Shown here: positions 1-17,046 of the stretch, one piece after another
Layout of the letters: every line of letters begins with the position of its first letter
How positions within the stretch are numbered: position 1 is the stretch's first letter
Assembly (NCBI RefSeq): GCF_009914755.1
Contig: NC_060934.1
Origin: the human T2T-CHM13v2.0 reference genome, Homo sapiens
Reading direction: 5' to 3' (one strand)
Length of the DNA: 64,000 nucleotides
The notes under the pieces: model-generated
What the model was told of the DNA's origin: nothing
Databases searched by the model: none
Seen by the model: only the letters and a program-made list of their open reading frames with translations
Program-made: the position numbers and the translations under genes

Positions 1-833
1 GTATAACGCTCCAATAAACATGAGAGTATCATTTTTTCTTTGAGATTTCAATTATTTTGGATTTATACCCAGATGTGAGATTGCTAGATCAAATAATAAA
101 GTTTTTATTTTTTGAATAACTTCCATATTTATTTTCATGGTGATTGCATTAACTTACATTCCCACTAATAGTGTAAAAGGGTTACTTTTTTGTACCTCCT
201 TACCAATACGTGCCTTTCTTTCTTTTTTTTTTGAAAATATTAATTTTTGTAGGTGTGAGGTAGTATCTCATCGTAGTTTTGGTTTGCATTTTCCTGATGA
301 TTAGTGATGTCGAACATCTTTTCTTATGCCTAATGGCCAATTGTATGTCTTTTTTTTTTGAGAAATGTCTACTCATGTCCTTTACCTGTTTATTAATCAG
401 GTTATTTTTTTCTTGTTACTAAGTTGTAGGAGTTCCTTAAGTATTTTGGATATGAACCTCTTATCAGATATATAGTTTGCAAATATTTTCTTCTATTCCA
501 TAGGTTGCCTTTTCATTTTGTTGATGTTTTTTCACTGTGCAGAAACTTTTTAGTCTGATATAGTTTCAGTTGTCCATTTCTGTTTTTGTTGCCTGTGCTT
601 TTAGTATAGACTTCAAGAAAATTTTGCCCAATCCAATGTTTAGAAGCTTTTCCCCTATGTTTTCCTTTGAGAGTTTTATTGTTTCAGGTTTTAGGTTTAA
701 GCCTTTGATCTATTTTGAGTTGATTTTTGTATATGATGTGAGGTAAGTGTCCCATTTCATACTTTTACATCTCAACATTCAATTTTCCCAATATCATTTA
801 TTGGAGAAACTATCTTTTCCCCATTTCATACTT
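1..833 (-). mobile_element. Old LINE-1 fragment (L1M class), 3' part of ORF2, runs off window start
   Basis: Antisense L1 ORF2 hallmarks: 'gtagtatctcatcgtagttttggtttgcattttcctgatgattagtgatgt', 'gagaaatgtctactcatgtcc', 'ctgtgcagaaactttttagt'. Confidence 0.9.
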
Positions 834-879
834 CATTTTCTATTTTCACTGGGATTTTTCTTTGGGGAATGATCACTCC

Positions 880-1415
880 ACATCATTGCATAGCACCTAC
901 TTGGTTGAGTTTAGGTAGGATTTACTCTGCTCTGGTTCCAGAACTGGGCTCTAATGCATTCAACATTGATTAGGGCTTTGTCATGGGGATTGGTAAAGAA
1001 ATGGTCATTAACATTGCTTGAATCTAATCAGTGCATCATATGTCTTTAGTCACAGTGATTGGATATGAAAATGCAACTTAAACTACAGTGGCTCATCAGA
1101 CCTAAGTCTAGGACTTGTGTTTGTGATAGTCTCTCTCTCCTTCTTATTTTTCTTTCCTCTCTCCCTGCCTCTCTTTCTCTCCTGGAAGCTATTGATACTT
1201 ATGCTATGACATCGAATGAGCAGTTCTTAGCACAAAAAGAAGGCACCGTAGAAAGTGAAGAGTTAGAAAGAAATAAAGTTCTTGTTGATATGCTGAACCA
1301 CTAGATCAAACCATCATACCTACCGACATTTGTACTTACTGTTTATAGGAACAAATAAATTCTGTTGTGATTTTAGTTCAATTTTCAATATGAAACTAAA
1401 AGCATTGAAATAAAT
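880..1415 (+). mobile_element. Degenerate MLT1-family (ERVL-MaLR) LTR
   Basis: Repeated 'gattgg...' and 'tcacagtgattgg' motifs, 'aaataaattc' polyA region, and 'aactaaaagcatt..aataaata' end resembling MLT1J/K termini. Confidence 0.5.
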
Positions 1416-1419
1416 AGTG

Positions 1420-1660
1420 GAGGCAATGTGATTTAGAGAACAAAAAAGTCTCATCATTGGAAATAAGCAGACCCGGATTCTACTCCAGTGACCAACTGTA
1501 AGACCTTGGGGCTGTCATTATAACTTTGTATATACTACATTTTCCTTAGCTGTAAATTTTGTAATCTAATATTTGCCTTGCTTAATATTACATGGTATTG
1601 TGAATATCGCATGAAATAATTATTTTGGGTTAGGAAGACCTGAAAACTCTGTGCAATTGA
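1420..1660 (+). mobile_element. MIR SINE
   Basis: 'agcagacccggattctactccag...ctgtaagaccttgggg...ttttccttagctgtaaa' matches the MIR core. Confidence 0.6.
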
Positions 1661-2019
1661 ATCGTAGGTGATATTATTACCATCAGAAGATCTTGCAGCC
1701 ATCAAGATCTTATTATAGTACATTGCTTTCTTCCCTTCTCTGAGTTGCAAGTTGACATGAATAATTCATCAAAATTTGCACTTCCAGAAAACACTTGACG
1801 AAAACAGGAGTGGAAGTTTCTAAAGCAAAGTGGATTTTATTAGGGTGCTTAATATGAGTATTTATAGCCAAATTGTTTCCCAATTGACTTTGCAATCCTT
1901 GTTTGTGATTTGTAATTATTGGTGAATAATTGCAATTATCATTTGCTTAATGAGACAATAATTCCCCCTCTCTCTCTCTATCTTTATTTTCCCTTTAGTA
2001 AAGCCCTACATTCACTGCT

Positions 2020-4960
<2,941 letters not shown>

Positions 4961-4964
4961 TCCT

Positions 4965-5680
4965 TAGATGAAAAATTGTTTTCACAACACACACAAAGCA
5001 TAAATTACAAGGAAAGGATTGATATTGTTTATACATTAAAATGATATTTTATTTGCACCAAAAAATTATAAAATAAGTTAAAAAACAGGCCACTGATTGT
5101 GTAAAGGTGTTTTTAATACATATCACTAGAAAATATTAATATTCATTTCACAAAAATCTTAACACAATAAATACATAAAAATATTTCCCTAGTTATCCAG
5201 AAAATGCAAATTAAATCCTCAGGGATAAGACTTTTTGCCTCCAGAGGACTGGCAAAAATTTTAAATCTGATAATATCAAATGCAAATGATGAGGAGGACC
5301 AACGTAAGCTATTATACACAGCTCATGAAAATATCAAATGGTACAACTACTTTGGGAACATTTTTGGTAGTATCCAAAAACTTAAAGATGTGTATAGCAA
5401 AATATCCATAAATTCCAATTTTGAATATATTCTGTAGTGAAAAATCTTACACTTATGCCAAAGAATACCTGTAAGAAACTTAGAGCATTATTGTTTGTAA
5501 TTATTTTTTTAAATTGGAAATATTGAGAGTGGATGTGTATTCCAGTGTATGTACATTTGAAAATATTATATAACTCCTAAGACAAATAAGCTAGAGATGC
5601 CAATATAAAAAGGATAAGTCTCATAAACCTAATGTTTACTGATAGAGCTACATTACTGAAGAGCACTTACCAAATATTTT
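4965..5680 (+). mobile_element. Very old LINE-1 (L1ME-like) ORF2 3' end/3'UTR, sense orientation
   Basis: 'agaaaatgcaaattaaa', 'aaatctgataatatcaaatg', 'aaatggtacaactactttggg', 'agcattattgtttgtaat'. Confidence 0.75.
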
Positions 5681-5684
5681 AAAG

Positions 5685-7024
5685 TGTGGTAAACAGAAGT
5701 GACTATAGGGTTATGAGTGTAGCATATGGATGGACAAGGATATGTTCAGGAAGAGAATTATATCAATGCAAGGTGCATAGGAACAACTACAGTCTCTCCT
5801 GCTGCAGTAGATGTCTAGATCAAACTTATTTTTATCATCCTTCTCTTACACCAACCATTCTATATACCCTTCACCCTCAGCTAGCACCTCTGCTAGTATA
5901 GACGGCTTGCCTAGAGGTGAACAAAACTTCCATTCTAAAGGGGGTCTTAATTTTTGTCTATCATGTCCTTATCAATATTTGGCTGCTCTAATTGCACATT
6001 TTCTATTAAAAATGCACATTGCAGCCTCTCAAGAGACATCCCGGAGAACCAGTAATGCCAAGCATATTCTCTGTCCTTACTATGTAGTAGCAGCTCCTAC
6101 CTCCTACTGATGACCGGGGTCAGTTACCACCACCAGAATACTAACTCCTTTTTTCCTTGCTAATTTCTTGGCATGAGAAACTCAAAGTAACGGTAAGAGT
6201 CACAACTTAAGAGTCGATGGAACTCTTACTGTGCCACCTGATGGAATTGTACCCTTTCCGGGGACCAGACATCTAGACCAACAGATCCTTTAGTAACAGG
6301 GAAAAGAAGCACAAATTCCGAAACTCAGTCACTGAGAACAATGCTAAGTGGATCCACTTCTATTTATACCTGTTTCTTGGATCTATTTTTTTCTACCTAT
6401 CAGAAAACAATCAGGAAGTGGATGTTGAGTTAAAATACACATTGCATCCATATCATTTCAACTGAACCGTGTCTTTACAGCGTCATTTCACTACTCTATC
6501 AGATCTGTGGCTTCTTCCCCATTTTTACATTTGCACATGTAGCTCATTTATTTTAGGAGTTCTATAATATTCTTGTGTGTGCATATTTGAAAATGTATGG
6601 ACTGGGATACACATCCACTCTCCTGTCAACATTTCCAATTTTAAAAATAATTACAAACAACAATGCTCTAAATATTTTCTTACAGGTTTCTTTGCATAAG
6701 TGTGAGAATTTTCACTGTTCTGTGTAATGTGGCCAGTAGTTCTCATGATGATGTACCCAGTGCAGTATACATTTTGCCGAAAAGTGATACCCTTGGTTCA
6801 ATGCAGTGTTACATAGGATCCCAGGTCAGTGAATAAAACACACTGAAACTCCCATGTAGATGTACTAGATCAGTCCTGGACAGTAGCAGCCTATTCTTTT
6901 GGGTTCATGTATAGCCTCCACGTCCGCTATCATGCTGCTCTATGTATATATCCATTGTGCCAGCATTGAGGTGGACAGTGACAGAGGCTGGCTTATGTCA
7001 TCATGCCAAGTCATTCTATACTTT
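5685..7024 (-). mobile_element. ERVL-type provirus, 3' part: integrase, dUTPase, possible 3' LTR remnant at ~5685-5791
   Basis: Minus-strand remnants: dUTPase-like GVSILVVVTDPGHQ*E (~6101-6148; cf. GVIDPDY motif) and VGLDV (~6270-6284); integrase-like EATDLIE (cf. EAAGLIERWN, ~6493-6514) and DQGTHF-like segment (~6780-6800). Confidence 0.8.
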
Positions 7025-7039
7025 GTTTAGTGTGTTTTT

Positions 7040-9029
<1,990 letters not shown>

Positions 9030-10600
9030 GTTCAGTGCTTTTTAAATGGTGAATACTCTTGGTGGGCTTCAACATGTGATACAACATGGGTCCACCCCTG
9101 TAGATCTATCTACATTCTTCTTTACAAGTTTCCTTGCCTTTGCTATTCCAGTTTTTCTCTTTCCAGGACTCTGCTCAACCATCCAGGTCACTTGACATTG
9201 CCTATGTGTCCATGTACATTATTATTTCAGGTCACTTCTCATTCCATAATACTTGGATGATCAGGTGCAATACCCGGGGCTTTGCCCTGAGAAGAATTTG
9301 TTCCACTGCTCTCTTACAGGGCCACTCCTGAGTGGGGTTATGGTGCACATGCAGTACATTTCAGCTCTCACTGACACACTAAACTGACTTATCCATGAAC
9401 ACAGCCAAATATTTTTCCTTTCTCTGTTGATAATAAAGAATACTGGCATGGCCATAAGTGTGAGCTAATGGAGAGGCACCAGTGAAACAGTGGTTGAAAA
9501 TATGGGGATCTGGGATGCTGCTTTCATAGCTTACTTATGCCCTCTGGCCCTTCTAGTGCTCCAGCGCAGGTATACCACTTCAATCCTACAATAGATTGCT
9601 GCTGGGACCACCTGACTTTATGCTTAATTGGTCTGAAATAACTCACTTATCATAGGCATCTCTGGCCATATGGTCACTTGATGTCTCATGCTTAAAGGTT
9701 CATTTTCTATCAGGGCCTAGTAGCATGTCTTGTGCTTTTCAAATGGTGTGTAGTTTTCTGCTGCAGATGGCATAGACTTGCCCCAGAGCCCTAGCAGTCT
9801 ATGTTGTGATTCTTCTATTTGGACTCATCATAAATTCTACATGGAAACTTGTACCCCAATATATTAGGGTCTGCTTGTTAACACAGCCCAAGTGACAGAA
9901 TAGTTTGTATAGCAGCCTGGACCAATTGTAGCGCTATTTCTGTCAGCCTTATTCAAGCTGGAAAATGATCATAGTACCAGGTAAATTGGTCAAAATAGTA
10001 TTTCCAAGTGTGGAATATGCTGCCTTCAGAACATGAAGAGGCCTATCAATCATTTTGCTAGTTTCTGATTGGTGGGAGGTATAATCTATTTCTTACCATG
10101 AAGGGAATGACCTCACATGCCCTAGACTACTAAATCCCTCAAAACTTTACTGATGTCACCATTTTGGAGCATGTATGTCTGACTATAGCCTCCAATTTGC
10201 CACATCTTGCCACTCCTTCAGTCTTATTAGAGTAATGCCTCTGATATGGTGTATCAGTGTGATGTTCTGCAGGATGTGCAGATGATCCGAGTACGCTTGG
10301 ACATGTTATGACAAAGGGTGTGAGTGTTAATATAATCCTAGGAAAGACCATAAGTGTTTATTGTCTTTACCACATAAAGGTGGCCTGCTTCTGATTCTCC
10401 TTCCTGATGGTGATGAGACATAAACATTCATTGGTTCAGCGCCCACATCCTACAAGCAGGAGGTGATGTAACTCTGCAGTTGATACTACTACCTGGTTAA
10501 TTTTACAGTAACCTACTTTCACATACTATGATCCATATTGTTCTTAGAGACTAGAGTGGTAAATTAAATAAAGATATAACAAAGGCTAACTTCCTTCATT
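9030..10600 (-). mobile_element. ERVL-type provirus pol fragment (RT and RNase H)
   Basis: Minus strand ILQNITLIHHIRGITLI at ~10222-10275 (degenerate ERVL 'QNITLVHYIDDIMLI'); RNase H-like 'ccccactcaggagtggccctg...gcacctga' at ~9260-9420. Confidence 0.78.
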
Positions 10601-10609
10601 GTCTTTTCT

Positions 10610-12770
10610 TGTTAATTTTATTTCAATTTTAAAAACGTAGTTTTTAATTGACACATAGAAATTATATACATTTATCACATGCAACATCTTTTGAAATTTG
10701 TGTACATTGTGAAATGGCACATTCATTTTCTCACATAATTTTCATTTTTGTGACTATACTCAAAATCTATTCTCTTAACAATTTTCAGTAGCATAATGTC
10801 TTCTTATTAACTATACCCATCATGTTTTACAATAGATTTTTTAAACTTATTTCTCCTATCCAACAGAAATTATGTATCCTTTGACCAACATCTCCCCTCA
10901 ACCACCTCCTTCTCTGGTAACCACCATTCTATTCTACTTCTGTGGGATGAGCTTTGTTAAATTCCAGATATGAAAACAAATATCCCAATCCCATATCCCA
11001 GATATGATGAGATCATGTGGTATTTGTCATTCTGTGCCTTGCTTATTTCACTTAACATAATGTCCTCCAAGTTCATTCATGTTGCTGCAAATGACGTGAT
11101 TTCATTATTTTTATGGTTGAATTGTATTCCATTGTGTATATAGATCACATTTCTTAGCCCATTCATCTATCAATGAACACTTAGGTTGATCCCATATTTT
11201 GGTTATTGTGTATAGTGCTACAATAAACATGGGAGTGCAGAAATCTCTTTGACATACTGATTTCCTTTAGATATATACCCACTAGTGGGATTCCTAGGGC
11301 ATACTGCAGTTCTATTTTTAATTTTTTGAGAATCCTCCATACTGTTTTAAATAATGGCTGTACTGGTTTACATTCCTACCAACAATGTGCAAACGTTTCC
11401 TCTTCTCCACATCCTTTCTACCACTTTCCTTTTGTCTTTTAGGTAATAGCCATTCTAACAGATATGAGACCATATCTCATTGTGGTTTGAATTCACATGT
11501 CTTTGATGATTAATGTTGAGCATTTTTTTCACATACATCTTGGTCATTTGTATGTTTTCTTTTAAGAAATGTCTATTCAAATCCTTTGGCCATTTTCTGG
11601 TTGGGTTATTTGTTTTCTTACTATTGAGTTATGCGAGTTTCTTATATATTTTCAATATTAATCTATTATCAGATGTGTGGCTTACAGATTATTTTCTTCC
11701 ATTCTTTAGGTTGTCTCTTCTCTCTGTCGACTATATTCTTGGCTGTGCAGAAGCTTTTTAGTTTTGTGTAATTCCATTTGTCTATTTTTGCTTTTGTTTT
11801 CTGTGCTTTGGGGTTCATATAAAAAAATCATTGCCCACATCAATGTCATGGAGCTTTTCCTTTATGTTTTCTTCTACCAGTTTTACAGTTTCAGGTCTTA
11901 CATTTAAGTCTGAATTCATTTTTATTTGGCTTTTTTGTATAGTATAAGATAAGGGTTTAACTTCATTCTTCTGCATGTGAATATCCAGTTACCTCAATAT
12001 TACTTATTGAAGAAAGTGTACTTTCCCCATTGTGTTTTCTTAGTACCTTTGTAAAATTGACCATAAAATGGGTGGATTTATTATTGGGCTATCTCTTCTG
12101 TTCCATTATTCTGTCTCTTTTTATTCCAGCATCATGCTATTTTTGATTACTATAGATTTGTAGTATATTTTTAAGTCAGGCAGTGTGATGCCTCCGGCTT
12201 TGTTCCTTGTGCTCAAAATTTCTTTGGCTGTTTGAGGTCTTTTGTGGTACCATGCAAATTTTAGAATTTTTTTCTATTTCTGTAAAAAAAATAGTCATAA
12301 TTTTGAAAAGGATTGCATTGAATCAGTAGATCACTTTGGATATTATGGAAATTTTAACTAGATTAATTTTAACAATATTTCTAATCCATGAACATGGGAT
12401 ATCTTTTTATTCATTTGTGTCTTATTCAATTTTTTTCACCATTATTTTCTAGTTTTTAATGTACAGGTCTTCCATCGCCTTGGTTAAATTTATTCCTAAG
12501 TATTTTATATTTTTGTAGCCATTGTAAGTTTGATTTCTTTTTCAGATAGTTTGTTTTCAGTGTATTGGAATGCTATTGATTTTTGTATGTTTATTTGTAT
12601 CCTGAAACTTTACTGGGCTAGTTTATTAGTTCTAAGAATTTTTTGGTGGAGTCTTTAGGGTTTTTTCTATATAAGATCGTGTCATCTGCAAACGGGGACA
12701 ACTTAATGTCTTCCTTTCCAGTTTGAATGCCTTTTATCTCTCTATCTTACCTAATTGCTCTGGTTGGGAC
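10610..12770 (-). mobile_element. 5'-truncated LINE-1 (L1MA-like) inserted into the ERVL
   Basis: L1MA 3'UTR ('ctttgaccaacatctcccc','ctctggtaaccaccattctattctacttct') followed by ~1.6 kb antisense ORF2. Confidence 0.92.
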
Positions 12771-12934
12771 CTTTTCTGTATCTTTGAGGGTGGCACTATG
12801 TATCTCATTTCACCTAGGATGCAGTATTATTTTTTGTTATCTTTTTGGGTAGGAGGGGTTTGATTTTAAAGATATTCATTTAGTCTAACTTACTATAATA
12901 GTTCTTTACCTAGGTCAAAGAACCATTACTGATA

Positions 12935-13348
12935 TGTTCCTTTGTCTGTTTTGTGCTACTGGAGTAAAATACCTGAGACTGGGTTATTTATAAAGAACAG
13001 AAATGTATTGGCTTACAGTTCTGGAGTCTAGGAAGTCTAAGGTCAAGGCACTAGCAGGTCTGGTGTCTGGTGAGGCTATTCTCTTCATCCAAGTTTGGAC
13101 CTTGCATGCTGCATCCTTTAAAGGGGGATGTCTGGGTGCTCACATGGTAAGAGGTAGAACGGGCCAAGAGAAAGTGAGAGAGAACAAGAGGAGGAGAATC
13201 CACTCTTGTACTAATGGCATTAGTCCACTCCTGAAGGCAGAGCCCTCATGACCAAACACCTCTTAACAGTCCCACTTTCCAATGCCATCAGAATGACAAT
13301 TAAATTTTAACATGAGTTTTAGAGGGAACAAACATTCAAACCATAGCA
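12935..13348 (-). mobile_element. MST-type (MSTD/MLT1A-like) MaLR solo LTR
   Basis: 'aaaatacctgagactgggttatttataaagaacagaaatgtattggcttacagttctggagtctaggaagtctaaggtcaagg'; end 'agggaacaaacattcaaaccatagca'. Confidence 0.88.
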
Positions 13349-14455
13349 AATGCTGGCAACTACACATATGTCCATTCCAAACATACATCTCAGAACTGGG
13401 AAAACGACCACCAAATTTTTCTGTAAACCTACTGGAGCCACTTTGACTAAGACCGAGGCCAGAATTTCATTTATTATCTGGCTCCTATATGTCCCCCTCT
13501 AAGCCACATCAATGACAATTCAGACCATGTGTCCAGCAATCCATGTGTCTGATGCTCATAATCCTGAATATTTCCCTTCCTCCAATGCATGTTCACCTGA
13601 GTAAATGAGCACAGATCTTTTTGGAAAGTTACTTCTGAATTTCCTTGCAACAGTGTTTATAGTCCTTCTTCAATGTGTTCTCAGTATGAAAAATATCTCA
13701 AATCTTGAAACTAGTCAAATAATTTTTTTAGATTGGTGTAGCTACCACCAGCCTTTAGCCCATCCATCCTTGATTTCTTTTAATCATATAAATTAAGCAA
13801 TGTCCATGTTAAATACTCATCTATTTTCCCTCTAGAGATGTCATGCTCTATTAAATGTCTCCATAGCTCTTTCTAACTTGGGCCTCTGTGACTGCCACTC
13901 TGGTCTTGCTCATCCTTGTGTTAGTTGTGTCTACTTGCTTTGGATGGCTAGGTATAGCCACTTGGCCTCTATTATTTTGGGACTTTGTCATGCTCATTAT
14001 TATCGGAGAACTAATTTCTGTACCAGAATTTTCCACTCTTACCTCTGTCCTACAGAGTAGAGAGCTACCACTGAGATTCTCAATGATGTTGATGTATTTG
14101 CCATCAGCACATTCTTTGTCATGTTGGCAAATGAAGTATCTTTGGAACTTTCCTACAGAACACAATTGGCTGGTGGTTTTTCAAGCATTTTGTTGTATAT
14201 TCACTCTATAATTATCACTTGTCTGAGTGATGGCTTGTAAGGCAACTGCTCAAATAAAGCCTCTTTATGATCTTCAAGGAGGGTTGGGCTACTCTTTTCT
14301 AACAAAGGAAAGAGAAACACTTCAGCAAACTGTGCAGGTTGAGAGGAACCTAATACACTTTCAACTTCATCTTCTATCTCTATTAGGGCCTTAACATTGG
14401 TAAAGAAGACTTGTCAGGACTGAGAATTGAACCTTGTCTGAAACTCCATTGCTCT
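13349..14455 (-). mobile_element. ERVL-type provirus gag-protease fragment
   Basis: Minus strand GLLDTWSELSL at ~13510-13542 (aspartic protease LLDTGSELTL motif), preceded by FTQVNMHWRKGN. Confidence 0.72.
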
Positions 14456-14464
14456 TATGATTAA

Positions 14465-15102
14465 GTTATTGCTTTGTTCCTGATCTTAGAAGGCAAGTAT
14501 TCAGTCTTTGAATATTAAGTGTAATGTTAGCTGTAGGCTTTTTGTAGATTCTCTTCATTAAGGTTGAGGAAGATCTCTTTTATTCCTAGCTTTTCTTGTA
14601 GTTTTATCAAAATGAATGTGGGATTTTGTCAAACACTATTTCTAAATCTATTGAGGTAGTCATATGGTGTTTCTTTTTCATTTTTGTGATAGAGGTAAAT
14701 TGCATTAATTTATTTTTGAATGTTAAATCATTCTTCCCTTCCCAGGATAACCACCCCCAACACTGCCGACCCTTTGTTATGTATTATCATTTTTGTATAT
14801 TGTTGGATTTGATTTGCTAAATTTTTAAAGAGAATTGTTTAGTCTAAGTTCATGAGGGTTATTGATACATATATTTCTTGTAATATCTTTCATTGTGGTA
14901 TCTGAGTAATGCTGATTATGGGCCTCATTATATGAGTAATGGCTTTATTATATTAGTTGAGAAGTGTTCTATCCTTTTCAACTTAGGGAAAAATTTTATA
15001 TAGAGTAATATTGTTTATCCTTAAATACTTGGTGTAATTCACCAGTGATACCATCTATGTCTGGAGTTTTATTGTGGAAAAGAATTTAACTACTCATTGA
15101 AT

Positions 15103-15180
<78 letters not shown>

Positions 15181-15482
15181 CATACATACATACATATATA
15201 TATGGAACTATGAGTTTATCTTTTTCTTCATGAGCAAGCTCGGTGGTTTATGTCTTTCAATGAATTTGTCCATTACATCTAAGTTATCAAATATATTGAC
15301 ATAACATTTCTCATATTTTTATTAATCTTTTAATGCCTTAAGAATTTTTAGTAATATCTTCCCTCTCATCTTGATGTTGATCATAGTAATTTATATATGT
15401 GTTATTTCTCTCTCTTGTTCCTCATTGGTCTGACTAGAGTCAGACTAATACTAAATTGTATTGATTTTCTCAAATAACTCAT
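14465..15482 (-). mobile_element. Old LINE-1 (L1M) ORF2 fragment
   Basis: 'ttgttcctgatcttagaaggcaagtattcagtcttt..taagtgtaatgttagctgtagg', 'ttcaatgaatttgtccattacatctaagttatcaaat'. Confidence 0.85.
15107..15201. repeat. Compound (TA)n(CA)n(TA/TACA)n microsatellite
   Basis: Directly visible. Confidence 0.97.
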
Positions 15483-17046
15483 TTATGGAGGTTTAAGAAA
15501 AGAAGGCATCTCCATAACATTAAAATGCCAAGTGAAGCAGCAAGTGCTGATGGAGAAACTGTAGCAAGTTATCTAGAAGATCCAGCTAAGATCTTCAATG
15601 AAGGTGGCTACACTAAACAACACATTTTCAATGTAGACCAAACAGCCTTATATTATATGAAAATGCCATGTAGAACCCTCACAGCTAGAGAGGAGAAGTT
15701 AAAGCCTGGCTTCAAAGCTTCAAAGGACAGGCTGAGCCTCTTGTTAGGGTCTATTGTAGCTGGTGATTTCAAGTTGGGGCCCAATGTACACATACTATTC
15801 CAAAAATCCAAGAGCCCTTAAAAATTATGCTAAATCTGCTCTGCCTATGCTTTTGTAAATGGAAGAATAAAGCCTGGATGACAGCACATCTGTATGAAGC
15901 ATGATTTATAAAATATTTTAAGCCTACTGTTGAGACCTACTGCTCAGAAAAAAAAGAGATTTCTTTTAAAATCTTATTGCATATTGCAGTGCACCTAGTC
16001 AACCCAAGAGCTCTGATGGAGATGTATAAGAAAATGAATATTATTTTCATACCTGCTAAAATAATAGCCATTCTGAGGTCTACTGGTCAAGGAGTAATTT
16101 CAACCTTCAAGTCTTACTATTTTTACAAAAACATTTCATAATGCTATAGCTGCCATAGGCAGTGATTCCTCTAATAGATCTGGGGAAAATACATTTAAAA
16201 CCCACTGGAAAGAATTCATCATTCTAGATGCTGTTAACAACATTCATGGGAGGAGGTCAAAATATCAACATGAACAGAAGTTTAGAAGAAGTTGATTCCA
16301 ACCTTTATAGATGACTTGTTGATTCAAGACTTCAGTAGAGGAAGTCACTGCAGATGTGGTGGAAATGGTAAGAGAACTAGAATTAGAAGTAGAGCCTGAA
16401 AATGTGATTAAGTTGCTGCAATCTTATAATAAAACTTGAATAATTGCGCAGTTGCTTCTTATGGACGAGCAAAGATAGTGTTTTCTTGAAATGGAATCCA
16501 CTCTTGGTGAAGATGCTTTGAACATTGTTGAAATGACAAAAATTTAGAATATTAGATAAAAATCATTGAAAAAGCAGCATCAAGATTTGATAGAATTGAC
16601 TCCAATTTTGAAAGAAGTTCTACTATTGGTAAAATACTGTCAAACAGCATCAGGTGTTACAGAGAAATCTTTTACAAAAGGTAGAATAAATTGATGCAGC
16701 AAACTTCATTGTTGCCTTATCTTAAGAAATTGCCACAGTAACCACTTCCCTGATAAGTCAGCAGCCATCAACATCAAGGCAAGACCTTCCACTAGCAAAA
16801 AGATTACAACCTGCAGAAGGCTCAGATAATTGTTACCATTTTTAAGCAATAAAGTATTTTTAATTAAGGTATATATGTGATTTTTCTAGCTATGATGCTA
16901 TTGCACACTTAATAGACTATACCATAGTGTAAACATAACCTTTAAGTGCACTGAGAAACAAAAAAAAATTGTGACTCACTTTATTTCAATATTCACTTTT
17001 TGTGGGAGTCTGGAACCAAGCCTGCAATATCTCTAAGGTATGCCTG
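15483..17046 (+). mobile_element. Tigger1 DNA transposon, left part missing, right TIR intact
   Basis: Transposase remnant (SEAASADGE...[13 protein letters not shown]...[14 protein letters not shown]); ends 'caatatctctaaggtatgcctg' followed by TA. Confidence 0.93.
15525..15821 (+). pseudogene. Tigger1 (pogo-family DDD) transposase fragment, disrupted
   Basis: IFNVDQT (cf. IFNVDET first catalytic Asp) and KDRLSLL motifs; frame breaks after ~15780. Confidence 0.85.

Noticed and set aside
13851-14211. Overlapping ~105-aa ORFs on both strands
   Set aside because: They lie in decayed ERVL gag with no intact domain or expression signals.
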